Numbered from the whole stretch's first letter, positions 52,110 through 63,493 are shown. The stretch is 63,493 nucleotides of DNA, filler included, from Chiloscyllium plagiosum (GCF_004010195.1; 3 parts of one record of this genome joined end to end with filler, not necessarily neighbours in it), one strand, 5' to 3'. Translations and numbers: made by a program. The notes: a model not told the origin generated them from the sequence alone.

Positions 52110-54058
52110 AAGAGTAGGCCATTCAGCCTGTCAGGGCACCCCTACCATTCAATACGATCATTGAAAATGGAACACATCAATGCCTTTTACTCGCAGCATC
52201 CCCATAACTTGTTCACCACTGGTAATTATAAATCTATTCACCTCTGCCTTATGCTCACTCAAAGACTGAGTTTCCACAGCCTCTGTGGTAGACAATTCCA
52301 AAGGTTCACAACTTTCTGGGTAAAATCATTTCTCCTCATCTCTGACCTAAGTGGCATTCTGCTTATTTTTAAATAGTGCCCCTTGGCTTCAGACTACCCA
52401 AACAGCAGAAACATCTTATCCATTTCCATCCTTTTAAATATTTTGTATGTTTCAATTAGATCAGTTTTCATCTTTGAAAGTCTAGAGAATGCAAACCAAG
52501 TTTGCCAAATCTCTCTTCATAAGACTGTTCTACCACCCTGGAAACCAATCTGATGAACCTTCATTTCACCGCCTCCAAGGTAGTAATTTCTTTCCCAAGA
52601 TAAGGAGAGCAAAGCTGCACACAGTTCTCCAGGTGTGGTCTAACCAAGCTACCATACAATTAAAGCAATATTTAACTATTCCTGTACTCAACTCTTACAA
52701 TAAAAGCTAACATTTCATTTGTCTTCCTATAATTTACACATTAGCTTTCATTGACTCACCCAGGTCTCTTGCATCTACACTTACTAGCCTCTTACCATTT
52801 AAGAAATAATCTGCACAGCTGTTTCTCCTGCCTAAGTGAATAATCATATATTTTTCCACATTATATTCCATCTGCCATGTTCTTGCCTATTAATGAAACC
52901 TGTCCAATCCCCATTTACATTTTCCTCACGGTACTTATTCCTGGTTAGCTTTGTAATCACATGCAAATTTGGAAATATTACATTTTGGTTCCCAACTCCA
53001 AATCATTGATACATATTTTGAACAACTGGTGCCCAAGAACTGATCCAACAAGTTTGTCAAACATGATTTCCCATTCGCAAATCCATGTTGACTATCGCCA
53101 ATAAGACTCATCTCAATCTGTTTAATAGATTCTAGCATTTTGCTACCATTGATTTGAACTAACAGATCTTAGTTCTGGTTTCTCTCTTGCTCCCTTCTTG
53201 ACATTTTCCACTTTCCATCCACAGGAATCATTCCAGATCTATTGAATTTTGGAAGATAATGGGGCAGCATGGTGGCTCAGTGGTTAGCACTGCTGCCTCA
53301 CAGCACCAGGGAGCTTGGTTGGATTCCAGCCTCGGGCTACTGTCTGTGTGGAGTTTTCACATTCTCCCAGTGTCTGCATGGGTTTCCTCCAGGTGCTCCG
53401 GTTTCCTCCCACAGTCCATAGATTAGATTCCCTACAGTGTGGAAACAGGCCCTTCGGCCCAACTAGTCCACACCGACCCTCCAAAGAGTAACCCACCCAG
53501 ACCCATTCCCCATATTTATCCCTGACTAATGCACCTAACTCTATGGGCAATTTAGCATGACCAGTTCACCTAACCTGCACATCTTTGGACTGTGGGAGGA
53601 AACCGGGGCACCAGGAGGAAACCCATGCAGACAAGGGGAGAATGTGCAACACAGTGGCCCAGTGGTTAGTACTACTGCCTCACAGCGCCAGGGACCTGGG
53701 TTCTTGTGCAGGCCAGGTGAATTGGCCATGCTAAATTGACCGTAGTGTTAGGTGCATTAGTCAGAGGGAAATGGGTCTGGGTGGGTGGCGTCGGTGTGGA
53801 CTTGTTGGGCTGAAGGGCCTGTTTCCACACTGTAGGGAATCTTTAAAAAAAAAAAATCACTAATACATTGACTATCTCTATAGCCACATCTTTCAATACT
53901 TTGGGAAGTAGAATATCAGGTCCTGGGTATTCATCAACTTTCAGCCCCATTTATTTCTCTAGTATAGTTTCCTTTAAAACAATAATTTCCTTCCTCCTCA
54001 TTCTTTTTCGGTACTTAGGTCTCTAGTTCTAGGGGATTTCTTGCATCTTCCTCAGTGA
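52110..54058 (-). mobile_element. Old CR1 fragments interrupted by a SINE cluster
   Basis: [15 protein letters not shown] and ISKFA motifs; CR1 tail near 52110. Confidence 0.7.
53261..53856. mobile_element. Cluster of three nested or adjacent HE1/V-SINE-like copies (+, -, +)
   Basis: tRNA-like heads at 53261 and about 53651; inverted body at about 53420-53650; A-rich tail at about 53845-53856. Confidence 0.85.
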
Positions 54059-54288
54059 AAACAGGCACAAATCATTTTCTTCGTGACCTGCAACACATTA
54101 TCAATGAGGATGAGCACCTCACCAAGACCTTCCCCACACCTCCACTACTTGCCTTTAAACAACCGCTAAACCACAAACAGATCATTGTTCGTAGCAAATT
54201 GCCCGGCTCTCAGGACAACTCCATACAACCCTGTCACGGTGGACGCTGCAAGACGTGTCAAATTGTGGGCATAGATACCACTATTACG
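54059..54288 (+). mobile_element. Neptune-type Penelope ORF fragment (Cys-rich linker)
   Basis: LAFKQPLNHKQIIVRSKL..PCHGGRCKTCQIV. Confidence 0.8.
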
Positions 54289-54419
54289 CCCTTCAGCCCA
54301 ACAAGTCCACACCGACGCCACCCACCCAGACCCATTTCCCTCTGACTAATGCACCTAACACTATGGTCAATTTCTCCTTTGCCCATTATAAATTCTCCTG
54401 ACTCTGCCTTTATTACAGC

Positions 54420-54898
54420 TAAAAATCACACAACACCAGGTTATAGTCCAACAGGTTTAATTGGAAGCACACTAGCTTTCGGAGCGACGCTCCTTCATCA
54501 GGTGATAGTGGAGGGCTCGATCGTAACACAGAATTTATAGCAAAAATTTTCAGTGTGATGTAACGGAAATTATACATTGAAAAATTGATTGTCTGTTAAG
54601 CCTTTCATCTGTTAGAATGCAGTGATAGTTTCACTTCTTTCATGTGTAAATCACAAAACCTTTTTATTAAAGTTGCATTCTCGGGTTAGCTGTTAACAAT
54701 GGTGATAGCTAGACAATATGTTGAAGGTGTTAGCCCCCTGTGTTCTCTGTCTATGACCTGATGTTTAGATTGATTCTAATCTAAAAAGTGAGATAACAGA
54801 GTTTTACATAAATTCATGCAGTTTTTAAGCTCAGAGTTCTACATGAATGTATGCAGTTTTTGAGCAAAGTGCAATGTAACTCTGAAAGTACCAAAAAA
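54420..54898 (-). mobile_element. PLE pLTR/3' region (second family), truncated by linker
   Basis: Contains an intact hammerhead; terminal motif shared with about 51670-51705 and about 50368-50410. Confidence 0.7.
54470..54504 (-). ncRNA. Intact minimal type I hammerhead ribozyme motif (CUA triplet)
   Basis: CAC-CTGATGA-A-GGAGC-GTC-GCTCC-GAAAG-CTA-GTG: helix I CAC/GTG, helix II GGAGC/GCTCC, palindromic AGCT helix III. Confidence 0.85.
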
Positions 54899-54998
54899 NN
54901 NNNNNNNNNNNNNNNNNNNNNNNNNNNNNNNNNNNNNNNNNNTTAATTAATTAANNNNNNNNNNNNNNNNNNNNNNNNNNNNNNNNNNNNNNNNNNNN
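54899..54998. other. Artificial contig linker (44 N + TTAATTAATTAA + 44 N)
   Basis: Same 100-bp structure as 29444-29543. Confidence 0.95.
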
Positions 54999-55030
54999 TC
55001 CTGATGAAGGGCTTTTGCCCGAAACGTCGA
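54999..55030 (+). ncRNA. Minimal type I hammerhead ribozyme motif in a PLE pLTR end (54999 to about 55128)
   Basis: TC-CTGATGA-A-GGGC-TTTT-GCCC-GAAAC-GTC-GA. Confidence 0.8.
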
Positions 55031-56157
55031 TTTTGCCTCTTTTCGGATGCTGCCTGAATTGCTGTGCTCTTCCAGCACCACTGATCCAGAATCTGGTTTC
55101 CAGCATCTGCAGTCATTGTTTTTACCTCATATAACCATCTAGGTCTCATACAAATGCCTTTGTAAATCATTCATTGTTACTCTTTCAAACACTTCGCTTG
55201 TGACAGTGATAAGGTCATTACCACACACTCTCGCATGCCACCTAGATCACTTGCCCAATGCTAAACAGAAAAACTGCAATTATACACGGCAGTCGCTAAT
55301 GGGTTGAGGATGTTAAAAGGACCAGCTACAAATGGATTTCGCACCAAGGTACTGAAAACAACTTGGACATATTTGCAAGTAGCTTCAGTAAATCGTTAGA
55401 ACTTTCAGCAAGGGGACATCGGAAATATTGTGGAAACCACAAGCTGTTTAGCCCAAGATCTGCAGGTGAAGTATTCAGAGACATTCTTGAAAAAGCGATG
55501 GAACACTCTGACACAATACTGCATTACGTCAGAGGAAGTATGTACTAATGTGTGTTAAATGCTGTCTAACAAATTTCTCAGGATCCTTTAGGGGAATGGG
55601 TCTTACAGGCAATGAATATTAACAAACAAAGACTTTCAGCAGGTCTTCCAGTATCTGTGGGGAGAGAAACAGAGTTAGCTTTTTGAGTTTGGTATGTCTA
55701 TTCAGAAGAAGAAACGTATGGGACTGGATATGTTAATTTGGTCTCTCTCTCCACAGATACCGTTTCTCTAACTTTGTCTTTGTTTCTTCCAGATTTCCAG
55801 CATCAGCAGTATTTTGCTTTTATTAATATTGTGATGTGTTTAGAGTTCAGCTGAATTTTTGACACACAACACTAGTGATGGGTTCCAGAAACAGAACACC
55901 TGCGAATAGATCTATATCCATCTTTGCAGGTGGCCTAGCAATTTAAAAAACCTGGTCGAAAAAAAATTACAACAGCCTTCGCTTCCAACAGAGACAGAGA
56001 GTACAAATGGATCACTGCTTACACCTCGGGTAGAGTGCTGCGTTCAGCCCTGGGCATCACATTTTGGCAAGAATGTCAAGATTTGGGCAGGATGCAGAGA
56101 TTTCCCAAAACTACACCAGGGCCAAGGAATTCCAGATAGTTCGACAGGCAGAAGCTG

Positions 56158-56262
56158 GGAACAAAAACAGAAATTGCTGGAAAAACTCAGCAAGTCTGCC
56201 AGCATCCGTGGAGTGAAATCAGAGTTAACATTTTGGGTCAAGCGACCCTCCCTCAGAACTCA
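56158..56262 (-). mobile_element. Old PLE pLTR fragment with degenerate hammerhead
   Basis: Minus strand CTGAGGG-A-GGGTC-GCTT-GACCC-AAAAT-GTT followed by a GATGCTG..CTGAGTTTTTCCAGCA tail. Confidence 0.6.
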
Positions 56263-58030
56263 AGAGAAGCTGGGGCCATTTCCTAAGGGCAGAGAAGATG
56301 AAGGGTTGATTGAATAGAATAATTCAAAATGTTGAAGCATTTTGAAAAGTAAATGAGCAGAAACTGTTTCTGCTGGGTAACCAGATTGAAAATAATTGGC
56401 AAAAGAAGTAGATGGGAGACAAAGAGTTTTTCCTAATGTAGTGAGTTGTTGTAATCATGAATGCATTGACTGAAAGGGCAGTGGAGGCAGCTTCAATTGC
56501 AGCTTTCAAAAGGGATTTGAATTCACACTTAAAAAGGAAAGCTTTCCATGACTAAGGGATTAATTGGCTAACTTGTTCAAAGACAAGTTAATGAGACTAG
56601 AGAAGGGAAATGAAGAGAGTGCTAAACATGACAGCAGAATACAAGACAACACAGAGAACTCTCTAGGTACCAGTAGTTAGCTCACTGAAACCTAAAGCAC
56701 AACAGAGTGCAGGATTCAGGGGAAACAAACCAAGGAGAGAATGAACAAATTCCAGAAAGTGGATGGCTGAACCTGAAGCAATATGTCGAAAGCATTATAT
56801 AATAGCAAAGATTTAGTGAGGAAATAAGCACAGCTATGAGGAGACGGTCAAAATCCTGAGATTGTTCATTCTGAAGCAGCAAAAAGTGAAGAGATCATTT
56901 CAAAATCATTAAGGTAGTACTGTGCAGAATGGACTGCCTGGGGATGCAATGGAAAACTTGAAGGGAGAATTGGACAAACATTTTATAAATTGACAATTGA
57001 GAAATTATTCGTACTTTTAGAATTGGCCAGATGCAATGGCTTCGTTAATTCTAGCCCAGTAGCTTCTCACCTTCGCGAGTTATACTTTGTGTTCAACTAG
57101 TGTTAACAACGGCAGAGTCCATTTAATCCTTCAAAACTGTAACATTGTTATCCCAGCACCGATACATAACTTTTCTCTGTTGTCCTGTCCTAAATAAAAA
57201 CTTATACGCAATTACTCAACTTCACACAATCTATCAGTAAGATACCACATTCTAATTTAGCCAACAGCTTTATACACAAAGGACTTGGCAGAAAAAACAC
57301 CAACTTTTCCATTATTTCAGACAAGTTGCTGCACGTTGTAACAACGCCAATTTATCATAAGGGTCAGCTTTGAGACGATGCTTTTATTTGAAAACATATT
57401 CTAATTAAGGTTTCACTAACATTGCTGCTGATGATTCTCAAGCTGTGGTAAATAGAATCCCTTCAAAGTAATGCTGCTCTGGTCCAAACAGGGAATATAT
57501 ACATCTTTCATTTGAAATCACCTTCAGATTGCAAACAGATGTTTGTAAATAAATGGTGGAATATACATGTCCAAAACAAACTTATGAAATATACTTGAAA
57601 CTTCACTAAGTGACCACTCAAGATTAACAACTAATTAGCTGGTAATCATTAGTCTGTCCCAGAGTGGATGTATTTTGGTTTCTAACCAGCATTGAGAACT
57701 GAATATTCTAATTAAAATATTGGCTTTTTCATAGGCAGAGGGAAGAGATATGCCCATATTTAAATGGGAAAAAACTCAAAATGTGACATGCCAACACATC
57801 CCACAATTGGGAAAGTAGCTTCCACTTTAAGGAGTGCTGAGGTGAACTTACCAAATGGGATTGTACCTACCACTTATCTGGTACTCCCTCAACCAGAATT
57901 TACATCTACTGAAATGTAAATACCTTTTTAAAAATTATGACCCAGCTGTTTATCTTCATATGCAATGTCAGAAAAAGGTATTGATTTTAAAATATCTAAT
58001 TGAGAGATGGCCTTATCAAAAAGCTCCTAT

Positions 58031-58655
58031 TGTAATGTTAAAAGATTAAAGTGTGCTGTCTCTCTGGACATTAATGAAATGTTAAAGTGTTAAACTGTAC
58101 TGTCTTTCTCCAGAAGCTAAACATTCTGGAAGTGGGTGGGGTGACATTCATGCAGGAATGTGGATGACTCACACTTCATTTAAGCAGCCATTTACTACTA
58201 CTCTCCTGCTATTATCAAATTAAACTCTCATTCAGTCCCTTCCATTCAGAAATGCTTTCGTAGCCATTCCCCAGCCAATCAAATTTGTTTGCGTGATCAT
58301 CCCCTGATACTGAAGCATACCACACCTACATTGTCTGGGAAAGTAGCGGAGCCAGAACCCATTTGCAGGGCCACCCCAAAGCTAGGACATATCACAGCTA
58401 CATCCTACCACTATACCGGTACATGTGGTTAAGACAGTGGAGTGGCCGGAGTACCTGTAAGCATTACCAACTGACCTGTATAAAGGGAATGTGTTTTCTT
58501 TGTTCGGGGCCTCTTTGACTCGATTTCGCACGCCTGGGAGGAGGGTCAAAGGGGGTCACCTAGCTTGTACAGGCTTTAATAAACCTAACTGTTTGCAGAG
58601 GTTGGTGTGCGCGAATTGCATCTTGTATGTGAAACTTCAGGAAAATAACCAAACA
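58031..58655 (+). mobile_element. Putative solo LTR
   Basis: TGTAA...AACA termini flanked by CTAT on both sides; internal CCAAT, TATAAA (about 58479) and AATAAA (about 58578) in U3-R-U5 order. Confidence 0.5.
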
Positions 58656-58994
58656 CTATCCAGGTTTGAAGATTTCAAGGATTCTATAATCCTCATGGAA
58701 TCACACAGCCCTGATTTACTTCCATTCAGGAACATCAGTTGGTGAAGATTGATATTGAGGACTTCATTCAGCCTTGCAGTTATTTAGAGTGAAACATTAC
58801 ATACATAAACCTCCTGACTCAAGCACACCCCTCTCTTGTTTCAGAAAATGTCTCTCTTTATATGCTCAAGTGAAAGAACAATTAATGTCCTCCACTTACA
58901 TATAATTAAAGACATCGGATGTACAATTAGCATGATCCTGTCTTCCCTGCTCCTAGAAGGTGTAGGTTCATGTTCCACTTGTCTCTGAGGTATT

Positions 58995-59222
58995 GGAGAA
59001 AGTGAGGACTGAAGATGCTGGAGGATCAAAGTCGACAAGGGTGGGGTGCTTGAAGAGCACAGCAGGTCAGGCGGCATCCAAGGAGCAGGAGAAACAATGT
59101 TTTGGGCATTATCCCTTCATCAGCATTCCTGATGGAGGGCTCATGCCTGAAACCTTGACTCCCCTGCTGCTTGGATGCCGCCTGACCTGCTGTGCTTTTC
59201 AAGCGCCATCCTTTTCGACTCT
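58995..59222. mobile_element. Fold-back element made of two inverted PLE pLTR ends joined at their hammerhead motifs
   Basis: Arms of about 95 bp are diverged reverse complements; centre CTTCATCAG-CATTC-CTGATGG. Confidence 0.8.
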
Positions 59223-59829
59223 TGTCTCTGAGGTGTGTCAGAACATGTTTAAAATGATTAAAATAACCAGTTATCTATAGGGAGAAGGTGTATATCTCTG
59301 TACAACAAATAAACACCTTCCGGGCATCTAAACTCCACAAACTGAATCTCTGCCTTATCTTCAGAAGCTCAGTCCTCTGTTATGATGTGGAATCTACGCA
59401 ATGATTGTAATTATTTGCTGTACCACTTCAATGCTTCAATTTCCCTTGTGTGTCATCAACCCAGAGGGAGATGAATTTTATCAAGAAGCATTGAATGTGA
59501 TGTTGAATACTTCTAGCCATTTTTAAAATAACTTTTGGGGAAAATAAATACAAAAAATGTATCAAATTTATGGAGCCAAGAAACATTTTTTACTCTGTAC
59601 TGCCATACGGGGCATCTCCCCATCAAAGAAAATCGGACACAGTCGCAATTAACATTCCAAATGCTTTAACTAGTTGTCATGTCATTGTGCTTTGCCAAAG
59701 ATGAGTGAGGAAAATTAGAGAAGAATTATCCCAAAAGAAGTTGCTTTTCTGCTCTATCTTTTTTCTTCCTGATGCCACATGAATGGAAACCAAAAACTAG
59801 CAAGCAAAGGAAGGAAAAACATGAATGGA

Positions 59830-61405
59830 GTGGCCTTAGTTCCACAGTGTGAAAATCTCCAATCTATACAGACTAAAGGACAAATGCCAGGTTACTGCGA
59901 TGGTCTCATCGGTCAAATCAGGAATTAGAAGAGAGAGGAATTCAAGAAAATTATAATCACCAGGAAAATGGCATTGAGCAAACTGTTGGAGCTGAAGACT
60001 GACAGGTGCCCAGGTAAGAAGGGACTTTTCATAGGTTGGTAAAAGCAGCAGCTAGTCAGATTGCGGAATGCTTCTAATTTTTCAAAGTTCCTCAGGTATA
60101 GGGAAGGTTCAAGAAAGGAGGGAGACAAACAGCAGGGAACTACAGGCCAGCTATTTTAGCATCTGTCATAGGAAAATGATAATGCTACTATTAAAGACGC
60201 TATACCACAGTACTTAGAAAACAGCAAGGTAATTTGGAAGAGTCACATGGAAATCACACATAACCTATTTATTGCAGCTGTTTGAGGAAGTGCATAATGG
60301 ATAACTGCTTACCGTACTGAAGATATCCAGAAGATAGCTGATAAGGTGCAATGTCAAAGGCTATTGTGAGAATAAAAATTCATGGTGCACTGGGTAGAAT
60401 ATTGGCATGGTTTGGTAGTTGACGAGCGAATAGGCATAAATGATGCAGTGAGCAATGTGTCACAGGGAGCAGTGCTGTGACATTATATAAATGCCTTGAA
60501 GGATGGGACTGAAAGTATGGTTGCTAAATGTCTTGATGACACAAAGATGTATAGGAAAACGTATATGAAAATGTTACAAAGAGCCTCTAAAGGAATATAG
60601 ATAGGTTAAGTGAATGGTCAAACATGTCACAACTGGAGGAGAATATAGAAAAGCATTAAATGGGTAAATGTTGATAGCAGAAAGAATAAATAAAAATACA
60701 GTATATTATTCAATGATAAAAGATTGCAGAGCTCCAGGATGAAGAGGAATCTGGGTGGCCTAGTGCATGAATCACAGAAGGCTCATACACAGGTACAGGT
60801 AGTAATTAGGAAAACTAATAGAATTATCATTAATTGCAAGGGAATCGAATATAAAACACTGCAGTTATTCAGGCTCTGCTGAGATTGAATCTCGAGTATT
60901 GTGCACAGTACTCGTCATCTTAATTCAGAATAGATGTGAATGTGTTGGATGCAGTTCATAGAATGTTTCCCAAATTAATAGCTGGAAAGGGGGAGGTTGT
61001 TTTATGATGAAAGTTTGGATGCACTAGGATTGTTATCTGCTAGACTTCGAACTCTAGAGGACATGAGATTGTTGGGGGACCTTAAAGGGCAATTGTGGAA
61101 AGAGTGCTTCCTTCTTTGGGATAATCCACAAATGGGGTCATTGTTTAAAAATAACAGTTTTCAATTTAAGACAGAAATAAAAAAAATATTTTTCTTCGTG
61201 GATTGTGGGGCTTTGGAGTTACTTTTTCAAAAGGCAGTGGAAGTAGAGTCTTTGAATGTTTTTAAGGCAGAGGTAGAAAGATTGTAAATAAGGGAATATA
61301 AGCTTATCAGAGGTATGCAGAAATAAGATCAATCATGAACTTAGTGAATGGTGGAGCAGGTTCAATGAACTGACTGGCTTACTCCTACTCCAAATTTGTA
61401 TGTTT
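59830..61405 (+). mobile_element. Highly decayed CR1 (RT to 3' end)
   Basis: GNYRP, DDTK and EYCAQY remnants; CR1 tail. Confidence 0.7.
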
Positions 61406-62632
61406 GTATTCATGACAGAAGCAGGTAGGCAGAGACACAGACGAATAAATATTACAGCCAATAAATCCAAGAACCACAAAAGAAAAGGACCTAGAACTTA
61501 ATTCAGAATGTATTTTAAGTCAGATAAGTTCCACTGATTAGTTGTAAGACAAGAAACTGACCCATTGGACCATCCAACAGTAGATCATGTGAATAATGAA
61601 AATCACTTTCTTTTAATGAATTTGTTTCTTGAAAAGCTTTCAGAGAGTGTTAATATAGTTAACACCCATAAAAGGTTTGGACTACATGAGAACAATGCAC
61701 AGCAGAAGGCTATACCTTTGGCAAAGACATAGTTTAAGTACAAAGCAGAGGTTAACAATGTCAACCATCTGTCCAGCACACAATTCACTTCAGTTCAATT
61801 AGTCCCAATGTGCTGATTCTGCTCTTTGATATCATAAACGTCAGAACTTTAATAGCCATACATGGATTAAAAGAATCAACAAAGACAAACTGTTACACAT
61901 GGAAAGTTTCAGCAATAATTTAGTATTGAAGGACAAGGACAAACCTGTTGGGGCAGCTCATGGCCAGAGTGACACAAGAAGCTGCCCATGAATTTTTTAG
62001 TTGGCATAAAAATAACAGAGAAGATTTTAGTTGCAGTAACAAAAATAATTGTTTCGTTCAGTATTCGAGTGAGATTGTAAATTAGGACGGTGGTAGCTTG
62101 TGAAATTAAGATAAATCCAACATCCCAGGTAGAACAAAGAATCTTACAAATTAAAATACAGGAAGTTCTGTACAAATTCAAAATAGCAGCAGTAATCTGT
62201 AAGAGGCAGCCTGATAAGTAATGTTTGGGAACAGTCAGCCTGAAGTTTGTAGTTTTGTAGAATTAAAAGTATGATTCCACAATAACAGAGATTCTTTAGG
62301 TAATTGAATATTGAAAAAATAAGTAATGCAATATACACCTAACGTTAAGAGATTTGGTTGAATTCTTTTAAAACAAAGTGGACAAGAGTCCCATCTCACT
62401 GGAAAGGGGGAATGAACAACAAATGGGTAAGTACATGACCTCTGAAGGGTGCTAACTTGTAATTGAGAAAATAAACAATGGCAGCTTCACAACCTAAATA
62501 AGCAAACCTAGATAATAATAATTCAAATGAATTCTTACGTTCACGGATCAAGGGGTGAAGGCATTCCAATATTTTGTATAACCTTAGGAATTCAGACAAG
62601 ATGTTTGAGCTGGGAAAGTGATCGAGTTTCAG

Positions 62633-62815
62633 TCAGTCCAAAAATGTGCAGGTTAGGTGAATTGGCCATGCTAAATTGCCCATAGTGTTAGGTGAAGGGG
62701 TAAGTGTGGGGGAATGGGTCTGGGTGGGTTGTGCTTCGGCGGGTCGATGTGGACTTGTTGGGCCGAATGGCCCGTTTCCACACTGTAAGTAATCTAATCT
62801 AATCTAATCTAATCT
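62633..62815 (+). mobile_element. HE1/V-SINE-like 3' half with (CTAAT)n tail
   Basis: GGTTAGGTGAATTGGCCATGCTAAATTGCCC core and CTAAT repeats. Confidence 0.85.
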
Positions 62816-63079
62816 TTTTAGTGAATAGATGTCATCTTATTAAATAAAATAGTTAGTGTAGACATATTTGGACAGACAATTTTGTCTGACAAGCAATCTA
62901 AGACAGCATGTGAATAGAAGGATTTGTACTTGCAACTACAAGATAGAGGAGCAGTGTTTGTTTGACATTCCAAGGTCAGCTGAGAAAGAAGAGGCTCATA
63001 ACTTGTTAGTTAAATAATTTTAATGTTAGGTGTAACCATACAACTAACTTTATATTAGAACTGACATTATGAATTTCAT

Positions 63080-63493
63080 AGGTTAAAAATAATGACTGCA
63101 GATGCTGGAAACCAGATTCTGGATTAGTGGTGCTGGAAGAGCACAGCAGTTCAGGCAGCATCCAAGGAGCTTCGAAATCGACGTTTCGGACAAAAGCCCT
63201 TCATCAGGAATAAAGGCAGTGAGCCTGAAGCGTGAAGAGATAAGCTAGGGGAAGGTGGGGGTTGGGAGAGAGTAGCATAGAGTACAATGGGTGAGTGGGG
63301 GAGGAGATGAAGGTGATAGGTCAGGTAGGATAGGGTGGAATGGATAGGTGGAAAAGGAGCTAGGCAGGTCGGACAAGTCCGGACAAGTCATGGGGACAGT
63401 GCTGAGCTGGAAGTTTGAAACTAGGATGAGGTGGGGGAAGGGGAAATGAGGAAGCTGTTGAAGTCCACATTGATGCCCTGGGATTGAAGTGTT
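63080..63493 (-). mobile_element. Penelope-like element 3' end (GIY-YIG C-terminus plus pLTR), runs off window
   Basis: Minus strand TLQSQGINVDFNSF, then a pLTR nearly identical to 54999-55128. Confidence 0.88.
63176..63211 (-). ncRNA. Minimal type I hammerhead ribozyme motif
   Basis: ATTC-CTGATGA-A-GGGC-TTTT-GTCC-GAAAC-GTC-GATT (one G-U pair in helix II). Confidence 0.8.

Noticed and set aside
53261..53335. tRNA gene
   Set aside because: Box A/B head continues into a SINE core and tail, so it is a SINE head
55326..55548. Short ORFs in non-repeat-looking sequence after the second linker
   Set aside because: No recognisable homology or convincing splice-site pair

Overview
Vertebrate genomic DNA, very likely from a shark (inferred from HE1/V-SINE-like SINEs and abundant CR1/HER1-type LINEs). 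Minus strand: the 5' part of FBXO43 (EMI2/XErp1), with exons at 1677-1779 and 2397-3902 and a probable first exon plus cell-cycle-type promoter at about 13.66-13.98 kb. Plus strand: three consecutive in-phase TPR-region exons of SPAG1 (32348-32478, 34324-34430, 34846-34987). An orphan CpG-rich promoter lies at about 25.8 kb and could be that of POLR2K by synteny. Much of the rest is CR1 LINEs, SINEs, Penelope-like elements (PLEs) and a probable solo LTR. Two 100-bp artificial linkers (44 N + TTAATTAATTAA + 44 N) and a 625-N gap interrupt the assembly; the first linker probably hides POLR2K and the 5' exons of SPAG1. The strongest unannotated signal is a set of about 12 minimal type I hammerhead-ribozyme motifs (6 with intact cores) in PLE termini from about four families. 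They show covarying helix II, a palindromic helix III and an extra nucleotide after A9, and several sit in short or fold-back non-autonomous insertions that end at the ribozyme edge. Repeat boundaries were read by eye and are approximate.
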